Assembly: GCF_009914755.1 (NCBI RefSeq)
Contig: NC_060933.1
DNA: 64,000 nt
From: the human T2T-CHM13v2.0 reference genome, Homo sapiens
Reading direction: 5' to 3' (one strand)
The notes under the pieces were generated by a model, which worked only from the letters and a program-made list of their open reading frames with translations, was not told the DNA's origin and did not search any database. Position numbers and translations under genes: made by a program. Positions within the stretch are counted from its first letter, which is position 1. Each line of letters begins with the position of its first letter. Below, piece after piece: positions 50,411 through 64,000 of the stretch.

Positions 50411-51377
50411 ATTTTTTGCTTTTTATTTAATGGTTGACTTCTCTTAGTATTTCTGCCTGGGCTATGGTGAGCAGTGAAATGAAAATTCAAGGCAGAATAC
50501 TGGGGCTTGGAGAGCCAAGACACAGGTCAGGAATGAAGCATGGAAGAGGTCAACCTTAGCAGAGAAGCTGCTGAAGGTCTGAGAAAAAGCCTTAGCTGTG
50601 GCTTAGCAGTTAGGAACCTGAGATCCCACAATATTCAGAAAAGCCAGAAGTTCAATTTTAGTTCTAACATTTGGCATGCCACTAACAGTTTAGACGTGTG
50701 AGGCGAGTCTTAATAAAATGTTAAAAAATGTGAATTTATTTGTATAAAAAGTATAATGAAAGTACTATTTAAAATAGTTTTTTTTTTCTTTGAGACAGAG
50801 TCTTGTGATCATGCCTGGGTGACGAAGTGAGACCCTGTTAGAAAAAAAAAAAGATAAAAATTCAGATCACAGAGAAAAATATAAAGAACAGGTAATTATA
50901 GGTAATTATTACTCATAAGCTGGTCTTTCAGACATAACCACTGTTAATATATTGCTGTATAGTGTTCTTCACTTTTTTCTCCTAGGGATGTGTACACATT
51001 ATATATATTCTAGAAAAATAGGGTTTTCCTATTACTCATCAGTATCCTGCTTTTTCCATGTCAGTAAACGCTAACCTAATTATCATCATTGTTAAAGCTG
51101 CATAATACTCCATTGTACTAAGAGGTACCGTACTTTAGTCCCCACTGATGGACATTTAAGTTATAAAGGCTGTGATGAACATCCTAATGTATACATTTTT
51201 GTGTGCTTATCCAGTTATCCTTTAGATAAATTCCAATAAATGGAATTGCTAAAGAGTAAACATATTTTAAAGGTTTTTTGATACATAGTCAAATTGCCCT
51301 CCTAAAATGTATAAATTAGTAGTGCTCAGTCTGCCAATTCTTTTAACTCTTGTTAATCATCCAAAGGGAAAATAATT

Positions 51378-51764
<387 letters not shown>

Positions 51765-52589
51765 TGAATAAGAGTCAAGCTTCCTATTTTTCTATTATGT
51801 TAACTTTTTCTTCTTGACATATAACTTTATATTAAGTATATTGTCTCATATTTGCACTGAAGACATTTTTCCTAATGTGGCTTTGCTTGCGGTGGCTTTT
51901 CACACATTTCTTAATTTTATGAATCAAATTGATCAGTTTTTCAATGAGACTTAAAATTCCTTCTGGGGTGGGATGCAATATAATAGAATGAAAAAGGCAG
52001 AGGACTTTCACACAATTCAGTCCATGATCTTAGTACCTATGTCTAGTTATCACCTAGCAGGATGTGGTAGGAAGAGCACTGGACTGGGAGTCAGATCACC
52101 TTGCCTCTCTGGGTCCCTACTTCCTCATCTGTAGAATGGAGATAAGAATGAAAACTCCCTCCGAGGCCTGTAAAAAAATAATTGAAGAGAATGCACATAA
52201 AGAGCTTTCACCAGGCCTTGTATATTAGAAAATCCTCTCTGAATCTCAGCTTTTGTTAGGGGGAGAGGGCAACACAGACTTTTGTAAAACTATTTTCACT
52301 CACTTGTATGTGAGTCTACGGGAATGAGGTGGGGATGAGGAACCTAGAAATCTAACCATTCACCCAACATCTCTGAGAACTGCATGGCTAGAGTCAGAAC
52401 TTGGGCTCCCATCCTGGTCCTGCCCATTTCTTGGTATGCAACCTTGGACAAGTCACCTTTACCTCTTCCGTGACTCAGTTTCTTCCACCTAAAAACTATT
52501 ATAGATATATGACAGACCACCTGCCCTCATTCCCAGCCCTGCTGCTGGGCGAAGGAAACGCTTCAAAAACAGCTCACAAAGGGCGGCAA

Positions 52590-54010
52590 ACAAGTCTGCT
52601 ACGGTGCAGCCTACCGCCGAGGGGTGGCCCCAACCCCGGCCCCCGCGCCCCTGCCCTGTCGCAGGAACAATAGCTCCCCTGGAGGCGGCGCCGGCCGCGG
52701 CCGGGGGCGGAGCTGTCGGCGCGGGAGCTGGGGGTGTGCGCGGGGCGGGGTCGCAGCCACCCCTCCCGCCGGCGGCTCCGTCACGCGCCCCTCACCGGGC
52801 GGGCCGGGGTCTTTGTGACGCGGTGGCAACGGCCACGGACACAAAGGGAAGGCGAGGAGGCGAGCAAGAGGCTGGGCCTGCCTCCGGCCCGCGACCCCCG
52901 CCCGCCGCGCGCGCGCCCGCCCGCTCCCCTCGCCGCGGTGTCCCCCACGCCGGCTCGCACCCTCGCGCGCACCCTTGCGCGCCCGCGACCCTCGCACGCG
53001 CCCGGACCCGCCGACTCCGTCCCGAGCGCCGCGGGCCCGGGCCTGGCGGACGCTGCGGGTGGGGCGGGGATGCTGACGGGCTGCTCCCCGGCTCAGCGGC
53101 GCGGCTGCTAGGAGGCACCGAGGCAGCGGCGGGGCTCTGGGCGCGCGGCTGGATGCCCCCGGCCTGCGGCTCCCTGCGCTTCCCGCCGTCCAGGGGCACC
53201 AGTCATGGGCGCCGCAGCCGCTGAGGCGCCTCTCCGGCTGCCTGCCGCGCCTCCGCTCGCCTTCTGCTGCTACACGTCGGTGCTTCTGCTCTTCGCCTTC
53301 TCTCTGCCCGGGAGCCGCGCGTCCAACCAGCCCCCGGGTGGTGGCGGCGGCAGCGGCGGGGACTGTCCCGGCGGCAAAGGCAAGAGCATCAACTGCTCAG
53401 GTAGGACCGGTCGGAGCCGGCCCTAGGTCTTCCCACCCCTCCGTTGCCGCCTCCCTCGTGGTCCCTGCGGTCGGCCGGGCTGGGAAAGACCCCGTCGTGG
53501 GGGTCCCAGGGGTGGGCCCGAGGGTGAGCGAGGGCGGAGGGCAGGGCGCGAGCGTGCGGTGTGGCTTTGGGACCGGCGCTGGGGATGGGAGTGGCCGTGG
53601 GTGCGTCCGAGTGTGTCGAGTGGCTGGGCGAGGGCGGCCCGGCGTGTGGGGAGGCGGTGGGGCCGGGGCCGGGGCCGGCGAGGCTGAGCGGCCGGCAGGG
53701 GCTCCCGGTGTGGTCGTGGGTGTGCTCGCGGGAGCGTGTGTTTGTGTTGTGAAGGCTGAGGGGAGGGAGGGCGGCCCCAGGCAGGGATCTGTGTGTGTGT
53801 GTGCAGAGTGCGGTGGGTGGGAGACGGCGAGGGGGCTGGGCGGGGTGAGGGCAGGGGAGTGACCATGTGCTGATGTGCTGGGGAGATTCTTCCTTAAGGC
53901 ACTGGGGGTCTCGGGGGTGGGGGTCGTGTGGATAAAGGGAACGGGTTGTCTTGAGGACGCGGTTTGGCGATGCAGAGTGACTGTGTGTGTGCGCGCGCGC
54001 GCGCGTGTGT
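52590..54010 (+). promoter_or_regulatory. TMEFF1: CpG island / promoter of TMEFF1
   Basis: GC/CpG-rich, GC boxes (ggggcggag, ggggcgggg), CRE half-sites (cgtca near 52779, tgacg near 52816), contains TMEFF1 exon 1. Confidence 0.9.
53205..53400 (+). CDS. TMEFF1: Tomoregulin-1 (transmembrane protein with EGF-like and two follistatin-like domains 1), coding exon 1: signal peptide and Gly-rich linker; gene continues beyond the window
   Basis: MGAAAAEAPLRLPAAPPLAFCCYTSVLLLFAFSLPGSRASNQPPGGGGGSGGDCPGGKGKSINCS recognised as the TMEFF1 N-terminus; Kozak gtcATGG; donor TCAG|GTAGGA; 196 nt, phase 1. Confidence 0.95.
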
Positions 54011-54183
54011 GTTCTTTGGGTTCTGAGATGGGATCTGGGGGCTTAGAGTGACCTCGGGTCTGTGGATATGAGCGGGGAAAGTCCCAGGGCCCAGGAAGTG
54101 ACCCTGTGTTTTTGTGTGTTGTGTGTGAAGCCTGGGGCTCAGTTAGTCACCCTGGGGTATGCATTGAAGAGGAGGGATGGGTG
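53950..54183 (+). repeat. Copy 1 of a local ~240-bp duplication, with (TG)(CG)(TG) microsatellite
   Basis: Aligns by eye to 55344-55595, sharing gtgtgaagcctggggctcagttagtcaccctggggta exactly. Confidence 0.92.
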
Positions 54184-55343
54184 CCCTATAGCGAACCCCA
54201 TTTATGTCTTTTCAAAGGGGAGGAGGCTTGGGAGTCATCATCCTGTGTAGGGTTTGGATGTAGAAAGAGGAAATTAGGTCTCAGGGAATGCCCTTGTGTA
54301 GCAAGGTGTAACCCTGGGTTATTAAAGTGTGGAAAGAGAGAATTGGGTCCCAGGGAAGATGTCGTGCCTGTGTGTGTGTGTTTTGCGGGAGGGCCTGGAT
54401 TCTGGCAGCAGCGGGGAGCAAGGGAGTGACCTCTCCCCTCTCTCCAAGGCCGCTTGCCCCCCCACAGCTGTTGGAAACAAAGAGCTTGCTGAGGCTTTAG
54501 TGGATAACACTGGGGAGGAGGGTCCCAGCAGTAAAGTTCCTCTTCATTTCTAAAGGGGTCCCAGAGGCGCACAAGGATTATGGCCCTGGGGCAAAGACAG
54601 GCATTCAGGTCTCATTTTTTGAGTGGAGGGTCTTCTTGGAGCTGGCCTAGCAGATGCTAGTGATCATAAGCCACATCCTTGCTAACTTGCCCTTTTATCA
54701 ATTCTGGAGCCTTCTCTTGTCTTCTTTAAACCAAGGCGGAGTAGGGGGAGGAGGGAGGAACATAAGGCCACTGGGAATCTGCCGGACAACCTTTATACTT
54801 TTGGGCTCTTGAAGGGGCATTATTTCTGGAAGAGTGAGGAAGGAGCAAGAGAGTCTCAGCGCAGATGCTTATGCTACCCTAAATGAAGCAAGCCTTTGGC
54901 CCGCTATTTAGGTTTGAAGGCCTTAAATCTTTTAATAATTTTCATATGGTAATGTTTTATGAGGGGAATGGCAGTTTTGAGCACAGTAAACAATGGCATG
55001 TCCATTAAAAGCATTTCCATCCGTGAAAAAACTTTTCTGTTATTTTTCTGATGTTGAACGGGATATGGGGTAATGCTTTATTACATAATCATACTTTAAG
55101 AATAAAAACCAGTTGTATATTAGAGTGCCTTTTTATGTAACAAATATTAATTATCAAACTTGTAAGTGATCGCACCATGTCAATATTTTTCCAGCTAATG
55201 TGTCGCGGGTATTTGTTCTTGCTAAGCTAATTCGTTCTTAGCAAAATATAGTGTGTCTTGATGGGATGTTTTTGTGTGTACTTTCTAACTTGCATAGTTC
55301 AAGTTTTAAGAAAGGAAATAAAAGAAATAGAGGGATGGATACC

Positions 55344-55373
55344 CTTGAGGATGTGGGTTGGTGATGCAGAGCG

Positions 55374-55425
<52 letters not shown>

Positions 55426-55595
55426 CTTTGGGTTCTAAGATGGAATGTAGGGGCTTGGAGTGACCTCGGGTATGGGCAGGAAAGTCCCAGGGCCGGAGAA
55501 GTGAACCTGTGTTTTTGTGTGGTGTGTGTGCGTGTGAAGCCTGGGGCTCAGTTAGTCACCCTGGGGTACTATGCATTGAAGAGGAGGGGTGGGTG
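55344..55595 (+). repeat. Copy 2 of the local duplication, with (TG)~24 microsatellite at about 55376-55423
   Basis: Aligns by eye to 53950-54183. Confidence 0.92.
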
Positions 55596-55934
55596 ACATG
55601 CAGTGTGGGAAAAAGGGGACTGATCTAGGGGTCATGGTCCTTGTTAAGCAGCTGTGTAATTTGGGGCAAGTTACTTAATTTCTCTTAGTTTCCATTCCTT
55701 TTAAAAAAGAGACTTGGATTTAGTAATATCTGAGTCTTCTTTCAAGCGTATTCATCACTGATATAAATGTCAATAAATTAAGCTGATCAAATAAAATGTT
55801 TTCTAGCAGTAAGATATACTTGAATAACTGGGTCTAAAGCTAGAGTTTTAACTAAGTGATACTTGTAGATTCTTATTGTAACTTTTTAGGATGAAGATTT
55901 GGGAACGATTCATATGGAAAAAAAATTTTTTTAG

Positions 55935-56665
<731 letters not shown>

Positions 56666-57290
56666 TATTTCAGTTTTAAAACTAAATACAGCCCTCGATT
56701 CCCTGTAGATATTCATTTTTGGTTTTGGACCATCATTTCAGCCTACTGTGAGCTTTCTGGAGCTGATTCGGTCAGGCTGTGCGTGTTGGGTCACTCACAG
56801 GTTTTTTTCACTTGCAAATGTGAAGAGCAGTTCTATGGCTTCATTAAATTAATAGAAGTTGTCTAGATTGTGAAAAAGGATGGAACCCTGCGACATATTA
56901 CTGGAGACTTTCTACCAACTTGGTTGATGTTGTTACGTTAGTCAACCAGATGTTCAACTAGCTATGCATCCTGTTAGTTGAATTTAACAGATTTTCGAGC
57001 TTCTGCTGTTCAACATTTTCCCATTTTGTTCACCAGCCTATTATTTAAAAGATTCTTTCAGATTGTCTTGTTAGATTGTTATGTGTATATATCATCCTGT
57101 CATCCTCCCTTTTTCCATTTTAGTAATCCTGTTAAATAAAAAGCACATGTTGTATAGCCTGCCTTAATAAAGAGCTGATGGTGGCTTTCTCATTTTACTG
57201 TATTCGAAAACTTATTTATCCATTTTAGAATTTTTCAGCAGTTACATAGCAGGTTTACCCACAGATGTTTTTCTGGATCTGCATTCCGCC

Positions 57291-57595
57291 TTTTTTTTTT
57301 TTTTTTTTTTTTGAGATGGAGTCTTGCTCTGTCGCCCAGGCTGGAGTGCAGTGGCATGATCTCGGCTCACTGTAACCTCTGCCTTCCAGGTTCAACCAGT
57401 TCTCCTGCCTCAAGCCTCCCGAGTAGCTGGGACTACAGGTGCACACCACCACGCCCGGCTAATTGTTTGTATTTTAGTAGATATGGGGTTTCACTGTGTT
57501 GCCCATTCTGGTCTCGAACTCCTGAGCTCAGGCAATCCGCCTACCTCGGCCTTCCAAAGTGCTAGGATTACAGGCATGAGCCACTGCGCCCGGCC
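57291..57595 (-). mobile_element. Alu
   Basis: polyT plus reverse Alu. Confidence 0.9.
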
Positions 57596-57980
57596 TGCAT
57601 TTCTCCTTTTTTGAAATTTGAGCATGTGTTTATTTCTATTTATTTAATTTCTGGTCTTCTGGCACCTTGTCAAGGTAGCTTAGATAATTTGTGGTAGTTT
57701 TTAAGGCAGATGTAAAAGTTTTTTCAGCATCATGGAGTGTGAGTTATTTGGATCAGAAAGCATATTCTTTTGAACTAGCTCTGTATTCTGTTACTGTCCC
57801 CTACCCATGCCACTTACCTTAAAAGCTGGTTTCCTTTTATCAGATTTCTGACCTCCCTAGCTTGAAGATCATGCTTCTTGATGAAGATGAAGCATAGGGA
57901 ATTGGCCCTGTTGTCTCTTGATATTGCATCTTCCCTAAGCAATGGGCCTTTGGTTTATCTCTTCTTGTTCTCAACAAGAC

Positions 57981-58199
57981 TTTTTTGTTTGTTTGTTTGT
58001 TTGTTTGAGACAGGATCTCATTCCTGTCGCCCAGGCTGGCGTGTAGTGACGCAATCTCAGCTTACTGCAGCCTCAGCTTCTTGGGCTCAGGTGATTCTCA
58101 GCCTCCTCAGTAGTTCGGACTACAGGTGCGTGCCACCACACTCGGCTAATTTTTTGTGTTTTTAGTAGAGACAGGGCTTCGCCATGATGCCCAGGCTGG
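57981..58199 (-). mobile_element. 5' truncated Alu with TSD
   Basis: aacaagactt on both sides of a partial reverse Alu. Confidence 0.8.
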
Positions 58200-59069
58200 A
58201 ACAAGACTTCTTTTGTTGTCCTCTTGCCCCAGTTCTCCACTTATTCTGGACTTTAGACTTATTGAGATTAAAAGAAAAACTTCGATTTTATATCTTTTTT
58301 ATTTATGCTTATTTTTTTTTAAAGCTAACTTAACAGAAAGTTCCCAGTTATCCAAAGAGAAAAAAAGCTTGGAAATACATGACATATGTGAAGAAAGATA
58401 AACTTGAATTTAGGAGACCAGGTAACCTTAGACTGACTGACTTTGTTTTTCATTTGTGAAATGAAGATGATGATGGTCCTTTTTGGCTCTGGGATATTTG
58501 AGAAGAACAAATGAGACTAACCATGTGGGGCATTTCTAGCTTAGGGAATATGGTTAAAGAGGTAGAAGAACATACTGAGAGACCAGTAAGTGGCATTTCG
58601 TGATAGATATAAGGTAGAGAATTTGAAATGGGTTTTAACTAGAAGTGGGTCCTCTGGATTATTATATGGTGGTAGGAATGGTATTAATGGACGATATAAA
58701 TGTCAGATTATGAGAAGTGCCTTATTTGTGGCAATTCAGGATTCTTGGGAATAAAAGTGAGTTTTTCTAATTAATGGGGAATCTCGGGCAGGGCTTTTAT
58801 CCTCTAGATCCCTGTTGTGTAAAATGTGGATGGATAATAATTAATTTAGCAAACCTTGATTGAATACTGCGTAGTGTAATCTAATATACTGGATGTTAAG
58901 GGAAATATATGAGAAGGCTTCCCTGCTTTCAAGGGCCTTATAATCTTATAGAGGTGGTTAGCCTCTTACAGATATATATAGTGGAAGTTTCTGTTTACCA
59001 CATCTGGGCTTGCTTCCCTACAGCAGTCCCCATCAATAAGCATTTATTGAGCACGAACAAGATAGGATT

Positions 59070-59868
59070 TTTTAAAAGGGGTACAGTTAAGTGGATTTAT
59101 ATATATTCACAAAATTGTACAACTGTCACCACTCTCTAATTCCAGAAAATTTTCATCACCCCCAAAAGAAACCTCATAGCTATTAACAGTCATTCCACAT
59201 TCCTCGCCTCCCCAGTCCCTGGTTACTACTAATCTACTCTCTATGGATTTGCCTATTCTAGATATGCATGCAAATGGGATCATATGAGGTGTGTTCTTTT
59301 GTGTCTGGCTTCTTTCCCTTAGCATAATGTTTTCAATGTGCATCCATGTTGTAGTGTGTATCAGAACTTCATTCCTTTTTATGGCCAAATAATATTCCAT
59401 TGTATGGATAAACCACATTTTGCATATCCATTTCTCTACTGATGGATATTTGAGTTGTTTTTACTTTTTGGCTGTTATGAATAATGCTGCTGTAACATTC
59501 ATGGACAAGTTTTTTGTGGACACATGTTTTCAGTTCTGTTGTGTATGTATCTAGGAGTGGAATTGCTTGGTCATATGGTAACTCTGTGTTTCACATTTTG
59601 AGGAATTACCAAACGGTTTTCCAAAGTGGCTGCACCATTTTACATTTCTACCAGCAATGTTTGAAGATCCTAATTTCTCCAGCATCTTCTCCAACACTTG
59701 TTATTGTCTGTCTGTTTGATTTTGGCCATCCTAGTGGGTGTGAAGTTATGTATCAATGTCATTTTTATTTGTATTTTCCTAATGGCTATTGATATTAAGC
59801 ATCTTTTAATGAATGTATTGGCTATCTGTATATCTTCTTTGGAGAAATGTCTATTCAGATCCTTTGCT
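59070..59868 (-). mobile_element. L1 3' fragment (L1MB-like)
   Basis: Minus-strand ORFs give L1 ORF2 C-terminal remnants (DLNRHFSKEDIQIA, HTMEYYLAIKRNE). Confidence 0.88.
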
Positions 59869-59939
59869 GGGCTTGATTTTGACATCTTGGAGTAATCATT
59901 CCCTTAGTAAATCATACTAATCAGTTCCCACAGCAAGCA

Positions 59940-60537
59940 CAGAGATGCTCAAATGCTAAGTTGGCTCTCGTTTGTCATTTGATTTTTCTGCTTACTAAGC
60001 AAGAGTCAGTTGTATTTGTTTTCAAACTTATTTATGCCAGTGGTAATTATGAGTATAATTTAATAAATATTACTCAAATCGATGAAATATGAATACAAAA
60101 AGTTGTTTTTATGAAATGCTTTGAAAAGACTTGATAAAGACAAGAAGCTGAAAGAATTGCCTCTGAACGAATTAAATTATGGTTAAGACAACTGAAACAG
60201 AGTGGAGAAACCCTGTAAACTTTTGGAAGGATTTCCCAGAAAACACTGCAAGTATTTTTAAGCCCCTGTTCTACTTAAAGGAAAGGAAAATGGACATTGT
60301 AGATCTAATGGATTATGGGTGTGATTTATCTAAGGAAGTGGGGAACTGTGTTTGGCAGACTTACACTCAAAAAAAAGGTCTTGGTGCTACATTGGGAAAT
60401 GAATGTATAATTATGTATTTAAGACTAAAATGGCTAAAATAGATATCATTTTAAATGGTTTCTGCCTTAACTGACTTTTTTGGTTAATAGATCAATGATC
60501 ACTCTTGTATATGTTTGAAAAGAGGATTTCCACTGTA
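59940..60537 (+). mobile_element. Possible TcMar-Tigger DNA transposon fossil
   Basis: Frameshifted ALKRLDKDKKLKEL...KTTETEWRN resembles the pogo/CENP-B-type N-terminal HTH; ends in ccactgta like a Tigger TIR plus TA. Confidence 0.45.
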
Positions 60538-61418
60538 CAAGGTGCCCTGAGGAAGATACAGATGTGGTGTCATGGGAATGTGTAATTCTGATTTGTAGGA
60601 ATCAAAACTGGTTTCATGGAGTAAGTGGCACTCAAGCTGGGCTGTATGGGGAGAGTAGAATATCACCTAGAAACAACAGACGCACTTTTGCCTGAGGCCT
60701 TTGCTGTTGATGTTCCTTTGGCTTGGAATCTTCTTGTCCCAGTTCCTACAGTTGTTTGCTCTAATGTCACCTTCAGTGGTGCCTTAAATTACAGCCTTCT
60801 CCACCTTCCATCCACAATGTCTCTCTCATATCCTAATCTTCCTTCGTGCTTTTTCTTGCTCTAGGACACCTTTTCCTGTGTGACATACTATACGTTTTAC
60901 TTGTTTTCTGTCTCTGTATGTAGCTCTATGAAGGCAGAGATTTTTATCTGTTTCGTTTACCACTGTATTGACAGTGCCCAGATTGGTGTCTGGTACGAAG
61001 TTAGGTTCCCATTACATATTTATTTGTGGAATAGATTAATGGCTGAATGAACATAGAAGCTGAACATAGATGAATGAACATAGAATACCTCTTAGGAAGG
61101 GTATTCTAGGCTGAAGGAATAGCTTTAGGAAAGGCACAAAGGTGGAAAAGAGAAGGGAGTCTTTTCGAAATACTAAATTGCGGGGATTAAGGCAGGAGAT
61201 TATGCCACCACATTAAGGTCTTCAAGGCCCATCTGAAGTTTTGGCATTTGGTTCAAAGACATCAAGAAGCTTTTAAAGGGTTTGAGTGACATTATGGTTT
61301 TAGAAAACAAAGTCTGAAATTGGTGAAGATGGAATGGAGAAGGGAAGAGCCTGGCGGTACGATGAAAGGTAATGGTAGAAATGGGAAGAATTGAGAGGAC
61401 TTGTTTAGCCTGCACAGG

Positions 61419-62299
<881 letters not shown>

Positions 62300-62884
62300 T
62301 GATCTTTTTCTGCCTAAACTTCTGGATCTTCTGCTAGAGATGGTGGGGTGAGTTGTGATGCTCTTAATTTGAGATGGAGAGCCTGTTTGGAGGAGAGTCA
62401 AATTGGTGTACATTCCCTCATTCCTGTTATTCACAATTATATGTTTGGATGGGAGACCTTATTTCTCCAGTGCCTAGGTGTTTTGGTCTGAACTCCTCTC
62501 CTGCCTGTACTCCTTGTAACTTCCACTGTATTGTTCTTCTTTTTAACTCTTTCCTTGAATCCACTTCCTCCTTTGTATTTGAAACCTACCCTGCTATCTC
62601 TGATTATACCATTGTCCTTGAATCACTCTCTGATGTTTTTATGTCTATTTTTTTTTCTTAATTTTATCCCTTAAACTTTCCCTTTTGTCTCTTTCTAAAT
62701 TCTTTAGGTGGATATAGATCATTATGTTTCTTTAACTCCATTGTCATTTATGATAAAATTTCTCTCATTGTTGTGAAACACATGAATTTATATATGTTAC
62801 AGATGGGTTTTTTCATGATTTTGCGTTATGGTCTAAGAATGTGTCATATGGAATCTCTGGGTTTTCATATTAAAACTAGGTGCG

Positions 62885-63207
<323 letters not shown>

Positions 63208-64000
63208 GGTGTGTCATTGTATTCTAGTATGAAAACAAATTTTGTGAAAGATTCTTCTATCCAGAAGAGTTATTTCCTTGACTTCTCAGTCTCCATGTTA
63301 TATTAACTATTATTTTTACTTAAGTTTACTTTATTTTCATGTAATTTCAAACTTAGAAAAATGTTGTAATAGTACACCCAGATTCCCCAATTAAGATTTT
63401 ACCACATTTGCTTTAAGTCTCTCTTTGTGTATCTACTCTTTCTCTCTCTATCGTCTGTCTGTCTGTTTTTTTTTTTCCCCTGAACTTGGCTCTGTCAAGT
63501 TGGCCCCTACCAAAGGGAGAGGGTTAATTTATGTTTTAGTTCCATACTTTAAATTTTTTGTTTTGTCATCTCCTCTTAATTAAATAGTTAAACTTCCACT
63601 TATAATGATAGGTTTATTTTTCACAGTTTTTCAGTTTTTCTTATATTTTTGTTATTCTATGTAGGACATATACATTGAACATTATTTTGTATCATAATTT
63701 GTTGTACTTTTTACCTTTGTATAGAGTAGATTTCAAGTATCTCTTGAAGTTATCATAGGACCCAACCTTTTCTGAATTTGTGTTTATATTTTAGTTTTTA
63801 GGTGTTGGGATTTGTCTCCCAATAGAGTTATATAGATCATTCTGCTTTCAGTGGCATTCAACTCATTTACATTAAATTAAGTAATTGATATCTGTGCTAC
63901 CCTCCATCATCATCTTTTTTCTAAATTGCACAATCCAGTGTTTTCGACTATAGTCACAAGGTTGTGGAACATTTTCATCTCCTCCAAAAGGAACTTTACA

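Noticed and set aside
52826-52846. CCACGGACA resembling the centre of a REST/RE1 site in the TMEFF1 promoter
   Set aside because: Both flanks (TTCAGCA and GCGCC) are missing; match too weak
52604-53866. Multiple ORFs around TMEFF1 exon 1
   Set aside because: CpG-island artefacts; only 53205-53400 and the two ATG-initiated uORFs have specific support

Overview
Primate (human-like) genomic DNA, Alu-rich, that I recognise from the encoded proteins as the MSANTD3 - TMEFF1 locus (human chr9q31, from recall). It holds the complete + strand MSANTD3 gene: CpG-island promoter and non-coding first exon(s) at about 6.7-7.3 kb, and coding exons 21607-22024 and 30222-30631 that splice to a 275-aa Myb/SANT-like protein, with a probable polyA signal at 31373. 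About 21 kb downstream are the CpG-island promoter, coding exon 1 (53205-53400) and start of intron 1 of TMEFF1. The rest is intron or intergenic sequence with about 45 Alu copies or fragments plus L1, L2, LTR and DNA-transposon fossils. Nearly all other ORFs in the track are Alu-, L1- or GC-island artefacts. I see no wholly new gene system. The best leads are: phase-matched donors that explain the MSANTD3-TMEFF1 read-through chimera; two uORFs in the TMEFF1 leader; a splice-created uORF and a candidate alternative terminal exon in MSANTD3; an 18-residue His-periodic repeat in the MSANTD3 C-terminus; a local duplication in TMEFF1 intron 1 showing CpG decay; a CTCF site with upstream motif; and paired NF-E2/NRF2-type sites. 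Repeat boundaries and subfamily names are by-eye estimates.
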